A stretch of 63,454 bases of DNA, counting the filler, from Licmophora abbreviata (Eukaryota): NCBI GenBank assembly GCA_900291995.1. It is 14 parts of 14 records of this genome, joined end to end, with 100 filler letters (N's around TTAATTAATTAA, not from the genome) between each part and the next. Parts side by side here need not be neighbours in the genome. Positions count along the whole stretch, not along the records: positions 41,045 to 47,635 come from OLMU01005909.1; positions 47,736 to 50,260 come from OLMU01005910.1; positions 50,361 to 55,833 come from OLMU01005911.1; positions 55,934 to 57,023 come from OLMU01005912.1; positions 57,124 to 63,454 come from OLMU01005914.1; 9 more parts are not named here. The stretch is one strand, 5' to 3'. Below are positions 47,537 to 60,892 of the stretch, one piece after another. How positions within the stretch are numbered: the first letter of the stretch is position 1; the number at the start of each line of letters is the position of its first letter. The notes beneath the pieces are model-generated. The model had not been told where the DNA came from, ran no database searches, and saw only the letters and a list, made by a program, of their open reading frames with translations. The position numbers and the translations under genes were made by a program.

Positions 47537-47812
47537 TTTAGCTCCGATAGAGAGAGCTCGTGAGAAGTCTGTAAGTCGTACGATCATCCTGAAACTCAAA
47601 ACAGAACGACTTCGAACTTTGAACTTTCCAAACATNNNNNNNNNNNNNNNNNNNNNNNNNNNNNNNNNNNNNNNNNNNNTTAATTAATTAANNNNNNNNN
47701 NNNNNNNNNNNNNNNNNNNNNNNNNNNNNNNNNNNACTGCGGGCATTAATCAGCACATCAACACCATCATCAGTGTCTTGAAACAAGGAGTAGGTCGATC
47801 AAACACACATAC

Positions 47813-48766
47813 ATGCTCAGTAGTACTGTACAGGCATCGCTTACTGAAGACAAAATGTCAGCGCAACGAACAGAAACAATTGATTTTTGGAACGACTATC
47901 ATCGCGCACCGACGACAACACAGTCCGTGGAATGGCTGGTGCATCCGACAGCGTATGTCTTGGAGAGAATACTCCGACATGTAAGCGACTGCAACACTAG
48001 GACGATAGAAAAGAGTGTGCTGGAGATTGGATGTGGAACGTCTTGTTTTTCCAGAGAACTCTTTTGTTTTCATCGACGACGCGAACTGTCCTCCGCGCCA
48101 CTGTCCATTGTGGCGACGGACGCCAGTGAAGCCTGCATTCAGTCCAACCGAGAGCGTGACAAAGAACTTACTAGGAGCTGCAGTAGCAGTAGTAAAGAGA
48201 GATTTCAGTATCAGGTTTTGAACGTGGTTGATCCCACAATCGACGATAAGATCCACCATCGAAACAAGTACGGCATTGTCTTGGACAAGGCCTGTCTCGA
48301 CACGCTCCTGTATCGAAGCAAGCAGCAGGCGGAGGCGACTCTGATGCGAGAACTACTCAACAATGTACACTCCTGGCTAGCGGATGATGGCCTTTATATT
48401 GTCATTACTCCGAGAAGAAAAGTACGGTGGTTGCGAGACTTTCGAGGGTTTCGACATGTGGAGCGACACAAGCTGAACGAGGCAGAACCTGGGTTGCTTG
48501 ACGGAAAGCTCGCATCGTCTAACGTCTCCGCTACTATGTTCATGTTTGTCTGTCAAGGAAACAACGAGTACCGTCACAATGGAACGGGAGACGACAATAC
48601 TCGTACTTGCTTTCGTAACACGACCTTGACGCAACCATCCGAAGACTCGTTGTGTGGCGGATGCGGCCTTACTTTTGCAGATCTTCGAAACGGCGAGGAT
48701 ATCCAGGGCAAAGGAAGCAAGTATTGGACTCGTCGCTGGAGAGGGCACTGTCGTCACTGTACGTAA
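47813..48766 (+). CDS. Class I SAM-dependent methyltransferase (METTL13/EEF1A-KMT-like) with C-terminal Cys/His cluster
   Basis: FWNDYH, VEW, VLEIGCGTS, IVATDAS and IVLDKACLDTL. C-terminal CGGC...HCRHC. Confidence 0.8.
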   Translation: MLSSTVQASLTEDKMSAQRTETIDFWNDYHRAPTTTQSVEWLVHPTAYVLERILRHVSDCNTRTIEKSVLEIGCGTSCFSRELFCFHRRRELSSAPLSIVATDASEACIQSNRERDKELTRSCSSSSKERFQYQVLNVVDPTIDDKIHHRNKYGIVLDKACLDTLLYRSKQQAEATLMRELLNNVHSWLADDGLYIVITPRRKVRWLRDFRGFRHVERHKLNEAEPGLLDGKLASSNVSATMFMFVCQGNNEYRHNGTGDDNTRTCFRNTTLTQPSEDSLCGGCGLTFADLRNGEDIQGKGSKYWTRRWRGHCRHCT

Positions 48767-49014
48767 TTCTACTTGGAATGATCATCTTGGTCTGATGGTC
48801 TAGATCTTTCGTTGTGGCATTGTTGAGATCAGAACACGCGTTTGACGATCTACAGTGATCCGAGTCGATGGATTGCTATGTCAAAAACTGTACCTGAGCT
48901 ATTTTTTAGGGCAATCGCGAATTCTGAGCAGTACTCGTACCGGGTACCGTACTGCTTTGCTTTTGGAGTGAAGTCAACGGATAAATTTAGATAATTATCT
49001 GCACTGACTCTTTC

Positions 49015-52000
49015 TCAATGCGGCGACGAGAAGTCAAGCATAGTGGCTCGTAGAAGGTGCCACGGAAACTCCGGGAAGAATTCATTCATCACGCCCACAA
49101 TCTGGTGCCAATAGCTGATCTGGCAGGCATGGTGCTGCTCAAAGAAGACGTACACGGCTTCCTTTGACCAATTGGTGTGATAATCGCAAACAATCATGCC
49201 ATACTGCTCCAAGGCGCGAAACACTGTTGTTACCTCAGACGGTGCGTCTTCGGTGAGCGGGCTATTGGTAAGGAACTGGAAGTGCATGCCGCGAGGCAGC
49301 TCTCCCGCCTTGTCTTTATGCACGCTCAAGCAAATCGCATGCTGCACAGCAGCATAGTTGTTGAGCTCTTCGAGCTGAATCATACCGACCGGGGAGAGTT
49401 GAGGAGCTACGTCTTCGACGTGACCAATAGTCTCACTTTGCTTCTCCACAATCAACGCCTCCTCTGCTTGCCAGCTCGTCACACCGCGACTTTGCCTCAG
49501 CGGGCGAATGTTGTGGAATGCCCACAATGTATCTGTGTGTTTCTCTAGCACAACAAGACGAGGGACAACGATGTGTGACTCTACCTTGCCCGCTACGGGT
49601 GGCAGGGGTGCCAAAACGACGCTCTCATTGTGTTTGCCGTCACTGCGAACAAACACACGTGATAGCTCCGCATCAGAGTCGGCGGATACAATCTCGACTC
49701 CGTAGAAATCTGACTCGAATCTGAAGTTCCACGGTCTATCTGATGGATGATCTTGATTGAGCTCCGCGGATTTCGTGAGCTGGCTTAGTAGCGTGCGAAC
49801 TAGTAGGGGTGACTGAGGATGTATGAGTGCATCATCCTCCGAAAGCGTGCGATTTTCAAAGAACCGAGACAAGGGCGAGAGGAACGGATAGGTGGAGCTA
49901 GAGAAGTGATGCGTGTGGACATGTACGACCTCGCCTGTCCAATCCACGACGCGCAACTCGAGCACGTGATCGCCCGGCAAAAAGTCCTGGGGAATCAGAC
50001 GCATGGGGAATGGCACTTCCCACAAGAGAGTCAGCAGATGACCATCAAGATAGGCCTCAACAAGCATTGGATTACGTGGTTCGATCGTCGCGAATAATGT
50101 AGCGGGCTCCGTCAGCACTGACATTGATGGCGTCAGATGCAAACTCCACTCTGACGCCACGTCGTCTGCAATGAGCCCCGCCTTTTTTGCGACCTTCATC
50201 GCATTGGAGCTCAAGGTCATGTTCTTATTCACGACATTTCCATCTCTGGGATGAATCCTTNNNNNNNNNNNNNNNNNNNNNNNNNNNNNNNNNNNNNNNN
50301 NNNNTTAATTAATTAANNNNNNNNNNNNNNNNNNNNNNNNNNNNNNNNNNNNNNNNNNNNATTTCCATCTCTGGGATGAATCCTTCCTTCGTTTTGATTT
50401 AACGCTCTGGTGCTGCCTGCGCTCTTTTGCTCCTGTAACGATCGGAGGACACGATTGAGATCCAAAGAGAGACGTCTCACTTCCGTTTGCTGAATAAGTG
50501 GCGCAAAGTCTTCGGCTCGGTGCACCAACGACCGCACCGTCTCAGCAAAGTCGCACGGGTCGTCACAAACCACGATATCCAAAAGCTCTGTGGCGGGACC
50601 AAATTCTTGATTGAGGGCATGTACACCAGAGGAAGTGCTCACCATAGGCAAGCCAGAGCCACTCATTGCCACATTCATCGCCAATTGAAACACACTCGCT
50701 GACGCGTGTACTGGCATTGGGTTAATGAACACCAGTGGACTGCCTGTGCTATTCTGCACCAATGCAGCGAGATCTGCATCCAACACTGGAATAAGACCAG
50801 CTTTAGAAGCCATGTCCGCAATGATACTCTCCAAGTTGTCATGTGTTTCATTGCCAACGAGAAATAACTGTGTCGGTTGACGCGCAGTTGTACCAGAGCG
50901 GCTGTCGACGTGGAGTGGGCACGACTGCCAAGCCTTGGTGAACCAACGCATCGACTCTATATCAGATCCGGCGTAAACGATGCCTTCTGCCTCAGCTGCC
51001 GGAAGGTCCTGCTTTTTCAGAAGAGACAGTGTGACGTTGGACACTGACGACCGGGGAGTGCCAGCAAGCGCCGCCGTAAGTTCCATCGCCACAACACCCA
51101 TGTCTCCTACATGGCACAAATGATCGACTTGGAGAATCGCGAGACGACGACTTGCGTCCCATTCTTCGGAAAGGAGCCAGCTGTCATCATACATCACCAA
51201 CACGAAGTCGACACTGGGGCCCAACAGGTACCGTAGACGCTCGGCCAGCAGCGGCAAGCCTACACATCGTGGCTGCATAGAGTGGGTGGAGAGCGTGGCG
51301 AACACGAGATCGACCTGCTCAAACATTTGTCTCGGTATGTCCACAAGCTCCACAAAGACAATGCCTAGTCGACCATCCCGACCAGCCGTGTTGGCGACAG
51401 TTTCTGTCACGTATACGACGTCGATCCCGAGATCGAGCAACGCCTGGCTTTCGTCCACACCAGTGCACGCATTCAGACGGCCAAACACTGGCAGGATTTG
51501 GTGCCCAGCCTCACGCAATGCCACCATTATCCCGTAAACGTGCAAGTCTTCCGCAGAATCAAAGATGCACGGGAAGTGCTCATGGGCTACAATAGTAAAG
51601 CCCTCTCGTTGAATAGGCAAGAACGTATCCAAGCGCTGGCTCAGAGCCGAGCTAGCAATCATTGGAGGATGATACTGCCCAAGCCAAGTTGCCTCTCTGC
51701 TGACGTCCGTTTTCTTCATACCATGCATTTCTTCGGCCGCCTCCGTTCTGATCATATCGCGCATCTCCCCCGTCATCTGCTTACGCCAACGATCCGAATC
51801 TTCCATCTGCGAGACGAATCTCAAGGCGCTCGTGTCAAACACGCCCCCGGCACATCTAGGAGTGTTGAAAAGCATGCACTCACTCAGAGACTGCCTCCAA
51901 GCATCTTCCGGGTGCGCCATCGCCGAGACAGCGAATGACCTCGACTGGCGCTGCCGCAGCTCGTGATACTCTGGACAAGAGCGCGTCACATAATGTCCAA

Positions 52001-55000
52001 CATGCATCTGATTGAAGGAGATACGATCGATCTTGTTAGCGCCGTGTTGTTCATCGAAATTCTCCATCGTGACGACGGTACCGGGAGAGCGCGAGAAACA
52101 GTTCATCGCCACTTCATACTCGCTGTAGAATCGACAGGCCTCTAGCGGCGCCGTTGCAGTCTGGATGAGCAATACAAACGAGGAGTCGACTGCCATTCCT
52201 GCCGCCATTGTATAGTCAACTAGGAAGCTACCAGCTGACGCAGGCGGCCGCTTGTTAACCCAGCCGTTGGGACCGAATGGTAAAACACTCGCCACCACAG
52301 CGACATGCTCTTGGTACGATTCAAGCGTCGACACCATTGTCCTATCCCATCGAGATGTCAGATAGTGGTCCAACCCAGGCATAAACGCAACCCAATCAGC
52401 AGTCTTGTTGTGATCACTCAAGCACGTTTGATAAAGGTGCGCACGAACGCTCTCTTGGGTCATATTTTGCGCATCTACGCGATTCTGATCCCCAGCCTCG
52501 TACAGCGTCAGCATTCCCTGCGCTACAAATGGTGCAGCGACGCTGCGCCAAGGCTTCTCACGCATGGGCTCTGCTTTCGGATCTTCGTAGAGAAACGCGT
52601 GACCTACGCCTTGCGACGAGTGGAAATCAAGCCACTCAGAAAGTTGGTCAAACTGAGCTGGTTCGAAAATGCCACAGACAGCAAGAGGCACGTGTGACCT
52701 TAAGGCTGAATCGCGCTCAAGGACATAACTCGTAGTGACCTTTGACTCAAGCGGGGGTGGGGCTTCACTGAATCGATAGTGAAGCATTGCACCTTCATGG
52801 CTGACAAACGAACCACCGCACTCTTCGATCAATGTCCGGTTGCAGAAATCATGACAAAGATCGTGCACAAACACATCTAGGGGCTTACGGTAGCGTCTTT
52901 GTTTGTACAGCTCCCGTAGAACCAGCGCATAGGCGTTAGCTTGGTGCTCAAGATGCTGAAAGCGTCCCGTAAAGTCCATGATTAGAACATCCCATGGTGC
53001 ATTTGTCACGGCGCTAGGCACACTGATTTGACTCGGCCAAGAGTCTAAAGAGGTCGGATGGTTTGGGAACCACACCGGAAGGACGAGGTCAGATCGAACG
53101 AGGTGCGATGGCAGGCCGAGGAAGACAAACCAAAACGAGACCGTCGACAAAACACGCGTTTCTCCCAGGCGATTTATGGAGAGCAGGAGTGGCACGTACT
53201 GCGGCGGATCGCCAGCAATAAGAACGCGTGGTCCCTCGGACCCGCGTCCAAGCTTCTTTGCCTTTTTGCGCGCAGCTTTCGTCAACAGCGCGCTATCCGC
53301 AGGTTGCCATCTCTCAAGCATTCCTTCCATATTATCATGAAGAGATTGAAGCCAATCGGCCACATAGCGAACGCCATCCTTCATCTTCTGACCTAGTCGT
53401 CGTTCGATTCCCTCCAACTGGCGCGTGACGTGGAGATCACGGTGCTGCTCTAGCGTGCGTGGGGGTGTCGAATTGGAGGCCCGCGCAGCTAGTCGAGCGC
53501 GAACACTTGGAGCCCACTTTTCCAGAGTCCCATCGAAAGCAGTGGCGCGTTCCTCCATTATATGACACGCATCTGCGCCGATACGTTGAGCGATCCACTT
53601 CGTCCCCTGTGTCGTCTTCCGAGTCGCTTCTTCTACGAGCTCTTCGCCCGTTGCAGAAACAATCCATGCCCTACGCTGATGTGTTCGTTCCGCATATTCT
53701 TCACAAGAGCGCATAAGGAAGTGCCCAACATAGGCAACATCATACGGTGGTGGCGGGTCAGTGTGCCATGACTGTGTTACCGTACGGAAGCTTGTATCAA
53801 CAGCCACGATATCAGGGCGTTCGCATTTAGCGAACTTAGGATCACCAACTGGGAACCAGGTGGAGTCCTTTTGATGCACCATATTGAAGCCTTGACAATA
53901 CGACCCAAGAGGATTGTGCGCGTATCCACCTCCGTAATCGACAGTGAAGCCACAGTATTCCAAGGCTACCACGTTCAAATTAAGAATAGTCTTTCCGTCA
54001 ATCTGAGCCTCAGTCACACCTTCTGGGGTGTCGCAATGACGACAGTCCTTGTAGCGTGTGTAGCTTGCAATGGAGATGTCCCCCGACCGGTTCATGTGCC
54101 CGCTTGGCCCAAACGCCTTCGACGCGAGAAATAGCCCCGCGTGATTCTTGTAACGAGCCACCAACTCAGTCAGCGACTGCAGTGGTGGTACAATGGCAAT
54201 GTATTCGTCAATGTCCATAAACGCAATCCAGTCCGCATCAAACTGGTGTTGAGCAAGACAATGCTCCAGCGTGGCTGCCTGTGCATATCGCGACAGAAAC
54301 TGACGATCGACTGTTACTAAGTTCTCGTTGACGTAGGGCTCTAGTACCTCGGCCCAGTTGTCGCTGGAGCCGTCCTCGTACAGCCAAAAATGATCGACGC
54401 CGAGCATGTGATGGTACTCGATCCACTCCGCAAGGTAAGGCCCCTCGTTCTGCATAGCGGCACACATGGCCATGTGGAAAGGACGCTTGCTACCACGCGA
54501 AGTATTGGACAGCAGTACGGAACGTGGTGAACGCATTTCGCCAAACCGCTCTTTCCACCTGACAGTGTTGTTCGTCTCTACGACTGACTCATTCACATAA
54601 ACATGATGTTTGGTATTGTCTACCAGACAAAACTCCGTCGCGTCGTCAGCGGCCATCCCCGTGGGTTCCAGCTGAACGTACTGCGTGTAGGGATGATCGC
54701 CATAGCCACGGCGGACAAAAAGTACCGCATCATTCTGATCAAGTGGATTTTCAGTTACCATGTTTGGTCCCGAGTCCGGCAATAAAGGCTCAAAGCTATG
54801 CAACCAGTAGCGCCGAGACATGTGCACAACGTCGTGTGGACACATGCTGGAGCAATCCTTTTGACCAGCGCCTGTTGCCCAACCATCTAGCGCCGAGCAT
54901 CTCTCGGCAGAATTGGCGCGGCGGATCGGGTTAGAGCTACGAAGGTATTCAGCAAGGCCTCCAGGACGAAACGCCACCACGTTCAGCATCGTCTGGTCTT

Positions 55001-55833
55001 GCAGATAGTTCGCTCGCGTTAGATGTGGCATCGGAAGAAGGCAGGTCTCATTCAACGAGCAGTCGAGCCACGGCTCAAGCACGAGGCGGGCGCCGGGCCC
55101 CGTCCGCGCCATTCCAAGGAAGGTCGCGCATACCTCAACATACTTGAAAGGCAGGAATCTATCGAATGTCACATTGTCGCCTAAGCTCTGCAATGCAACC
55201 AAGGGTGTAAACCTTGGCACCGGGTACACGTCAGGGGAGTAGTAGCCATTGGCTGAAAGCCAGTATCCGTCGCGATCAAGATCGTGGCGAATGTCCGAGA
55301 TGCTACGACGTAGCTCCATACCAGAGTCCAGCCACATGACACAGGCATGACGACGCAAGCCATCTCGCACCACCAATGACTTCCATGCGTACGAGCCGAG
55401 ATCCGCGCGATGAGGATGGTTCTCCGCGTCAATGTCGCTCGCAGGAAGACTGACAACCATTACGTTTGCAGTTGCGTTCAACAAGCACAGCTGCGTTTCA
55501 TTAAGACCAAAGTCGTAGATCTCAATGCGCCTATGTGGCTCCCACACATGGATAGACCCAATCAAGTTGTGGAGACGAGGAAACCAGTTTGCACTGGCTC
55601 CACTCATAACTACAAAATCATCGTCTGGGCAGTGGCCTCCACCAAAATCAGCCGGATCTCCTGGTGTCACCGGTTCGGTCACCAGCGCAGGTTTCGCACG
55701 TCCGTATGCACAGTCGGGCATTGCTGAATCAAAGATTGCACCCGTGACCGACATGGAGGAGGAGGTGTCGAGAGGACGCCCTGGCAGCGGCTGCTCGATG
55801 AAGGGCTCACAGAGAGAGCGGCCAATGATGCCA
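49015..55833 (-). CDS. Giant multi-domain glycosyltransferase-like protein (>2,200 aa), continuous across the linker at 50261-50360; 5' truncated
   Basis: The 25-nt overlap atttccatctctgggatgaatcctt flanks the linker and joins the 1813-aa and 405-aa ORFs in frame (RIHPRDGN-V-VNKNM). It contains a GT92/GT2-like module NEGPYLAEWIEYH..LGVDHF.LYED...WIAFMDIDEY and further modules. Confidence 0.82.
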
Positions 55834-55933
55834 NNNNNNNNNNNNNNNNNNNNNNNNNNNNNNNNNNNNNNNNNNNNTTAATTAATTAANNNNNNNNNNN
55901 NNNNNNNNNNNNNNNNNNNNNNNNNNNNNNNNN

Positions 55934-56571
55934 AGTTCGTCCAGGACGAGTGTGCCGTTGACGGGGCCGTACTCAAAGTCAAAGAAAAGAGCGCCACCAT
56001 CTGTGTCGGCATAGCCCTCGAACCCACGGAAGCCGGGAAGTGCATGATGTTCGGGCACGAACCACCCATATGGGAAGCTGAGTAAGACGACGTCGTTTTG
56101 TTCGCCATGCTTCTTGGCGCGAACCCCCACCTCGACCAGGTGGTTGCTCTCCTCTGACTGATCGGTGGTGAACCAGGACAGGCGGCCATTGATAAGCAAC
56201 GATTCATCGGAGTAGAGCGCGACCACGCTCCCGGGTTTGCCAGTGATTGTCTCAGACTTTCCATCGAAGCCACGAAACGAAAATTGAGCAGTAGGATGTT
56301 CAAACACTTCATCATCGCCGGTATCGAATGTTGCTTGGAGACGTCCTAGTGACGTGTTGAGGTAAGGCCTGCTTGCCTCTTGCGGTGGCTTCTTCTTGAG
56401 CTCACGGTCGATATCCCATATCGAGCCAATTTGGCAACCTGAACTCTGCAAGCTCCAATCCTGCCTCTCCTTCAGGCCTGCATCATTGAAGAATGAATCC
56501 CCCTCCACTATCTGGATCAATCCTGAGAGGAGCAGACCAGAGGCGAGTGCATTTTGCAGCCAGCGCATCAT
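55934..56571 (-). CDS. Signal-peptide-bearing N-terminal fragment; 3' truncated (possibly the start of the giant glycosyltransferase)
   Basis: MMRWLQNALASGLLLSGLIQIVEG; open to the gap; same strand as the ORF beyond the gap. Confidence 0.62.
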
Positions 56572-57123
56572 CTCCCAGGCTCCAATGCCTACTCAATCCC
56601 CTCGGGGCGACAAGAAGACTATGGCTCTGAGATCCAAACTTTCAGATACCGACCCTCCATTCATCTGAGGCTGAGGTAGACTATCGGCATGTACCTGGTT
56701 CCAGGTACCGCACGTCAAAGATACCGCGGCGGGTTGGTCTGCACCGGTCAGTACGCGAAAAGAGAAAAGAGAGTTGCGCGCCTTTTTTCAGAGCGCCCGG
56801 CAAGCTCTCCACGTACGTACTGTTGTCGTTACAGTAAAACCCAACATAAGAGTCGAAGCTTTTATTAAGGAAATTTTATCATACAAATCGTTGGAGTGAA
56901 TAGAAGTTCAATTAGTATACAAAAACATTCATGTAGGTATACATTATAAACTGTAATAAACTACATCTCTGATGGGCGTCGGGCGTCCGGCCTCCGCCCT
57001 GTCACCCAACACGCGCCTGCACTNNNNNNNNNNNNNNNNNNNNNNNNNNNNNNNNNNNNNNNNNNNNTTAATTAATTAANNNNNNNNNNNNNNNNNNNNN
57101 NNNNNNNNNNNNNNNNNNNNNNN

Positions 57124-60100
57124 GACATGGCCCCGGTACAGAAACGGCGCATAATCTCGGATGCCGGCTCGACCTCTTCAATGGGGATGCTGCTGCGATC
57201 TGAATCCAAGTCCAGAAGGTCGCGAATATTCGCAAGTGGAGCAGTTTCAAGACTTTTCTGGAAAATCTCATAGTTGGCGACGCTCTTTGGCAGAACTCCG
57301 TCATTTTCTAGCTCGTCACGGTTTGTTGCAGCGCTAACTTTCTTGTCGAGACCAATCGCGTTGTGAAGAAGCTTGGCGAGATCGGAGGAGTTGATATGGT
57401 ATTCGCCAAGCGCAGGAACAGGCTTGTAGTAGCCGTAGTTGATCAGCTTCATCTTCGCATCTGCCACTTCGGGGCGCATCATGACCGTCTCAGAGGCAAT
57501 GTCTTCCAACGACATACCACCAATACGGCTGGTAGTTCCCTTGAAGCTCTTCTTGATCACCTCCTCGCCCATTCCGATAGCCTCGAAAATCTGCGCCCCG
57601 GAGTACGATGTCATCAACGAAATGCCCATCTTGGAAAGGATCTTCAGGAGACCGGCCTCAACAGCAGATCTGTAGTTCTCCTGCGCTTCTACCACAGTCG
57701 CCTTCTTGAGTTTACCTGCGTCCATCGCTTTTTGCGTCTTCGGTTGCTCGCGCCACTGCTTCACGGTTTCGAGAGCAAGGTAGGGGTGGACGGCGTTCGC
57801 TCCATAGCCCACTAAGCATGCAAAGTGATGCGTTGACCATGCCGATCCCGTTTCCACTATGATTCCAACGTCCATACGGAGTCCTTCGTCGATAAGACGG
57901 TGGTGAACCGCGCCAACACCAAGAAGAGGTGGGACGTACGTCGTCTCGTCAAGCTCGGCCTGGTCAGCGGCGAAATCGGTTAGAACGAGAACTTCTGCAC
58001 CGTTGCGAACTTCTTCCACCGCCTTGTCACAGAGCACCTCCATAGCGCCGCGAATGGCAGACGGACCGTCTGCGAGACTGTAGCGCGTGGATAGTTTGGC
58101 CTGCTTGAATCCACCGTTCTCCGACTTTCCATAGTCTGCAATACGGTCCATCTCAGCCCCATTCAGGACGGGCGACTCCAAATGAATCAATCGGGCGCCG
58201 ACCTCTGACACTTTGTAGATGCTCTCCTTCTTCCCAAGAGTCATTCCAAGGGACATGACGACTCCCTCACGAAGTGGGTCGATCGGAGGATTAGTCACCT
58301 GAGCGAAGCGCTGCTTGAAGTAGTTGTAAAGCGGATGAGGTCGCTCAGATAACACTGCGATTGGAGCATCGTCTCCCATTGAATAAGTAGTCTCCTTGGC
58401 AGCTCCAGCCATGTCTGCGATCTGCATACCAATATCTTCCAGCCCCCACCCGAAGGTAGCTTGTGCAAAGGTCGTTGTGGGATTATCGTAAAGCCTGTCA
58501 ACCGGAGCATCCTCCTTTGCGATGTCCTTTCGCTGGTTGGCAATCCATTCACCATACGGATGACCTGTGTAAACAAAGAAAACGGACGAAGGCTGAGTAT
58601 TCCGCCTAGCCGCAGACTCTTTCATTCGTGGAGCACCGCGTGGATCACACTTACGGGACGCAATCTCGCTCTTGATACGAATGTTGTCTTTAAATTCGCC
58701 ACTTTCCAAGTCAACGTTAATCATCTGTCCAGGACCCAAGCGTCCTTTTTCCACAATGTCGGCTTCGTTCAAGTTCGGAATCACACCCGTTTCACTCATC
58801 ATGTAGACGGTCCCATCCTTGGTAATACTGTACCGCCCCGGACGAAGTCCATTTCGATCCAACGACGCTCCAATCGACTTGCCGTCGCTAAAAACCAGCA
58901 ATGCGGGGCCGTCCCAAGCCTCCAAAAGACCTCCATGGAACTTGTAAAAGTCAACAATCTCTGGATTGTTCGCCAAATCGGGTGAGTTCTCGTAAGCCGT
59001 TGGCACCAGCGCCATCAAGGCACATGGTGCGCGATGGCGCGACTGACACATCAGTTCAAAGACGGAATCAAGATTGGCCGAATCAGAGCGTCCCAAATCG
59101 ACGACAGGCTCCAAGACGGACGGAATGTCTTGCGTATTGCACATGGTAACAATATTTTCGGTGGAATCGTAGTCTACCAAGTCTCGGACCTCCCCTGACT
59201 TGGACGCCTCACGGGCCTTGATCCAATTGACATTGCCCAACAGCGTATTGATTTCTCCATTGTGTCCTACAACACGCATTGGCTGTGCCAGGGGCCAACG
59301 GGGATTGGTATTGGTGGAGAAGCGACGATGATAAATGACAAACTTGGTGGTGTAATCCTCGTTCGTCAAATCCTTGTAAAAGAGTGGCAAAACGTGGGAC
59401 TGCACCATGCCCTTGTACACTAGGGTTCGGCTGCTAAAGGACGCAACGTAGACTTCACCCTCATCGTCGTCCCATACCAATCCACGATCGCGAAGCTCGA
59501 CACTAAAACGCCGTCGCACCAAATACAGCGTGCGCTCAAATCCATCACGTGTGTCGTCATCGTTATCGAGTCGGTCCGGTGACTTGACAAAGAGTTGCCA
59601 GATACTAGGCATGGCAGCTCTTGCAGTCTCACCGAGTACATCCGGATCAACCGGCACTTCTCTCCAGCCCAGTACGTCCAGTTCGTTTGCGCGACACACA
59701 TCTTCAATGAGTGCCTTCACTTGCTCTCGTCGGTCGGCATCACGAGGCAGAAACATCATACCAACACCGGGCTGAGGGCAGTCCTTGGAGCGGAAATCAT
59801 CAAACATGTTCCAAGGGATCTGAGTCATGATCCCAGCACCGTCACCGCTGACACCGTCTCCACCACAGGCACCACGATGTTCCATACAAGTCAACGCGGA
59901 GAGACCCTCTTGCAGAACCATGTGAGTGCCAAATTCCTCTGGAGATATGAAAAGAAAAAGACGTAAGGAAAACGCTCATTCAGCTCGACTCTACACACAA
60001 AACACATTCGTCGTACCTCCACTTTGCGTATTGGCAATGAATCCGACTCCACAGGCATCACGTTCCTTGGTCAGAGCCAAGGGGCCATCAAACATGTTGC

Positions 60101-60311
60101 TCGCCTGGGACGTATCGAACGCCATGTTGAGTCTCGTAGAAGAGGGCGACCACGAATCGACCACGTTCTGCCGCGATACTGGACTACGAAGTCCCAAGGA
60201 AGTCTTCTGTTCTTGTTGCAGAGAAGCGGGCAGGAAGGCCACGGCCGGCGTCGCAGCGAGACACACGCCGAGTACCGGTAGCAACACTTGGATCGGTATT
60301 GCTCGTCGCAT
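57124..60311 (-). CDS. gltS: Plastid ferredoxin-dependent glutamate synthase (Fd-GOGAT); 3' truncated; introns 59939-60016 and 58565-58654
   Basis: Presequence ...AVAFLP; ERDA-CGVGFIA Ntn start; HRGACGGDG..GDGAG, HRRFSTNT, HNGEINT, WDGPA, LDRNGLRP, FAQVTNPPIDPLRE and WSTHHFACL. Confidence 0.94.
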
Positions 60312-60892
60312 ATTGGGGGTTTCTGTTGGAAATTTGTCTCGCTGGCCGTTCTCACTCCTCGACACTCTCGAAAAGGACCCGTTCGACAAGTGAACCACGT
60401 GAAATAGTATTGAGATGAGCCTTTCGTCTGCCAATACGGATGATGTGTGATGCCGAAAGATCTTTTTCTATTTTTTGTGTGGCCTCCAGTGGCGTTGAAT
60501 TTTCATCCATCAAAACTTCAAAACATGGTTCCAAATTTCGGGGGGAGGCAAGACGGATAAAAATATCAGCGCGTATCAAATGTACTGGAATGTACAGGCG
60601 GGAATATGCGCGTCTGCCGGGCGGGCGCCACGTCATTTTGTGTAACCCGGACATGTCGGTGAAGTGTCTGCTCGTCTTCCGATTACTTGAAACTGGACAA
60701 CTTGAGAGTGAGGAAGCTAGACGAAGCAAGTTATACCTTAGGAACTAGCCAGGCCTTGGATACGCGCTACCAAAACGATTCCTGCCTAGTTTGTGACGAT
60801 CTGCTAACCATACACCAATGGACTTGGCAGTACCACGCAGGAGATAAGTGTATACAAGCTGCTAAGCAGTTGCAGTAGATATTACTTTTGTC

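Larger units (their letters stand above)
6907..57123. other. 13 artificial 100-bp scaffold linkers (N44-TTAATTAATTAA-N44)
   Basis: Identical blocks start at 6907, 10978, 14005, 17108, 20123, 25285, 37564, 39462, 40945, 47636, 50261, 55834 and 57024. The 12-mer puts stops in all six frames. Confidence 0.97.

Noticed and set aside
48931..48953. GTAC-rich intergenic clusters (also ~7430-7450) as copper-response elements
   Set aside because: A 4-bp core is too common to support the call without enrichment or expression data.
56960..57023. GC-rich contig end as a structured ncRNA
   Set aside because: Too short, with no recognisable RNA family; it could simply be the last codons and 3' UTR of the truncated GOGAT gene.
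6951..57079. Recurrent TTAATTAATTAA as a biological repeat or CRISPR-like array
   Set aside because: It is always embedded in identical N-padding; it is an artificial six-frame stop linker.
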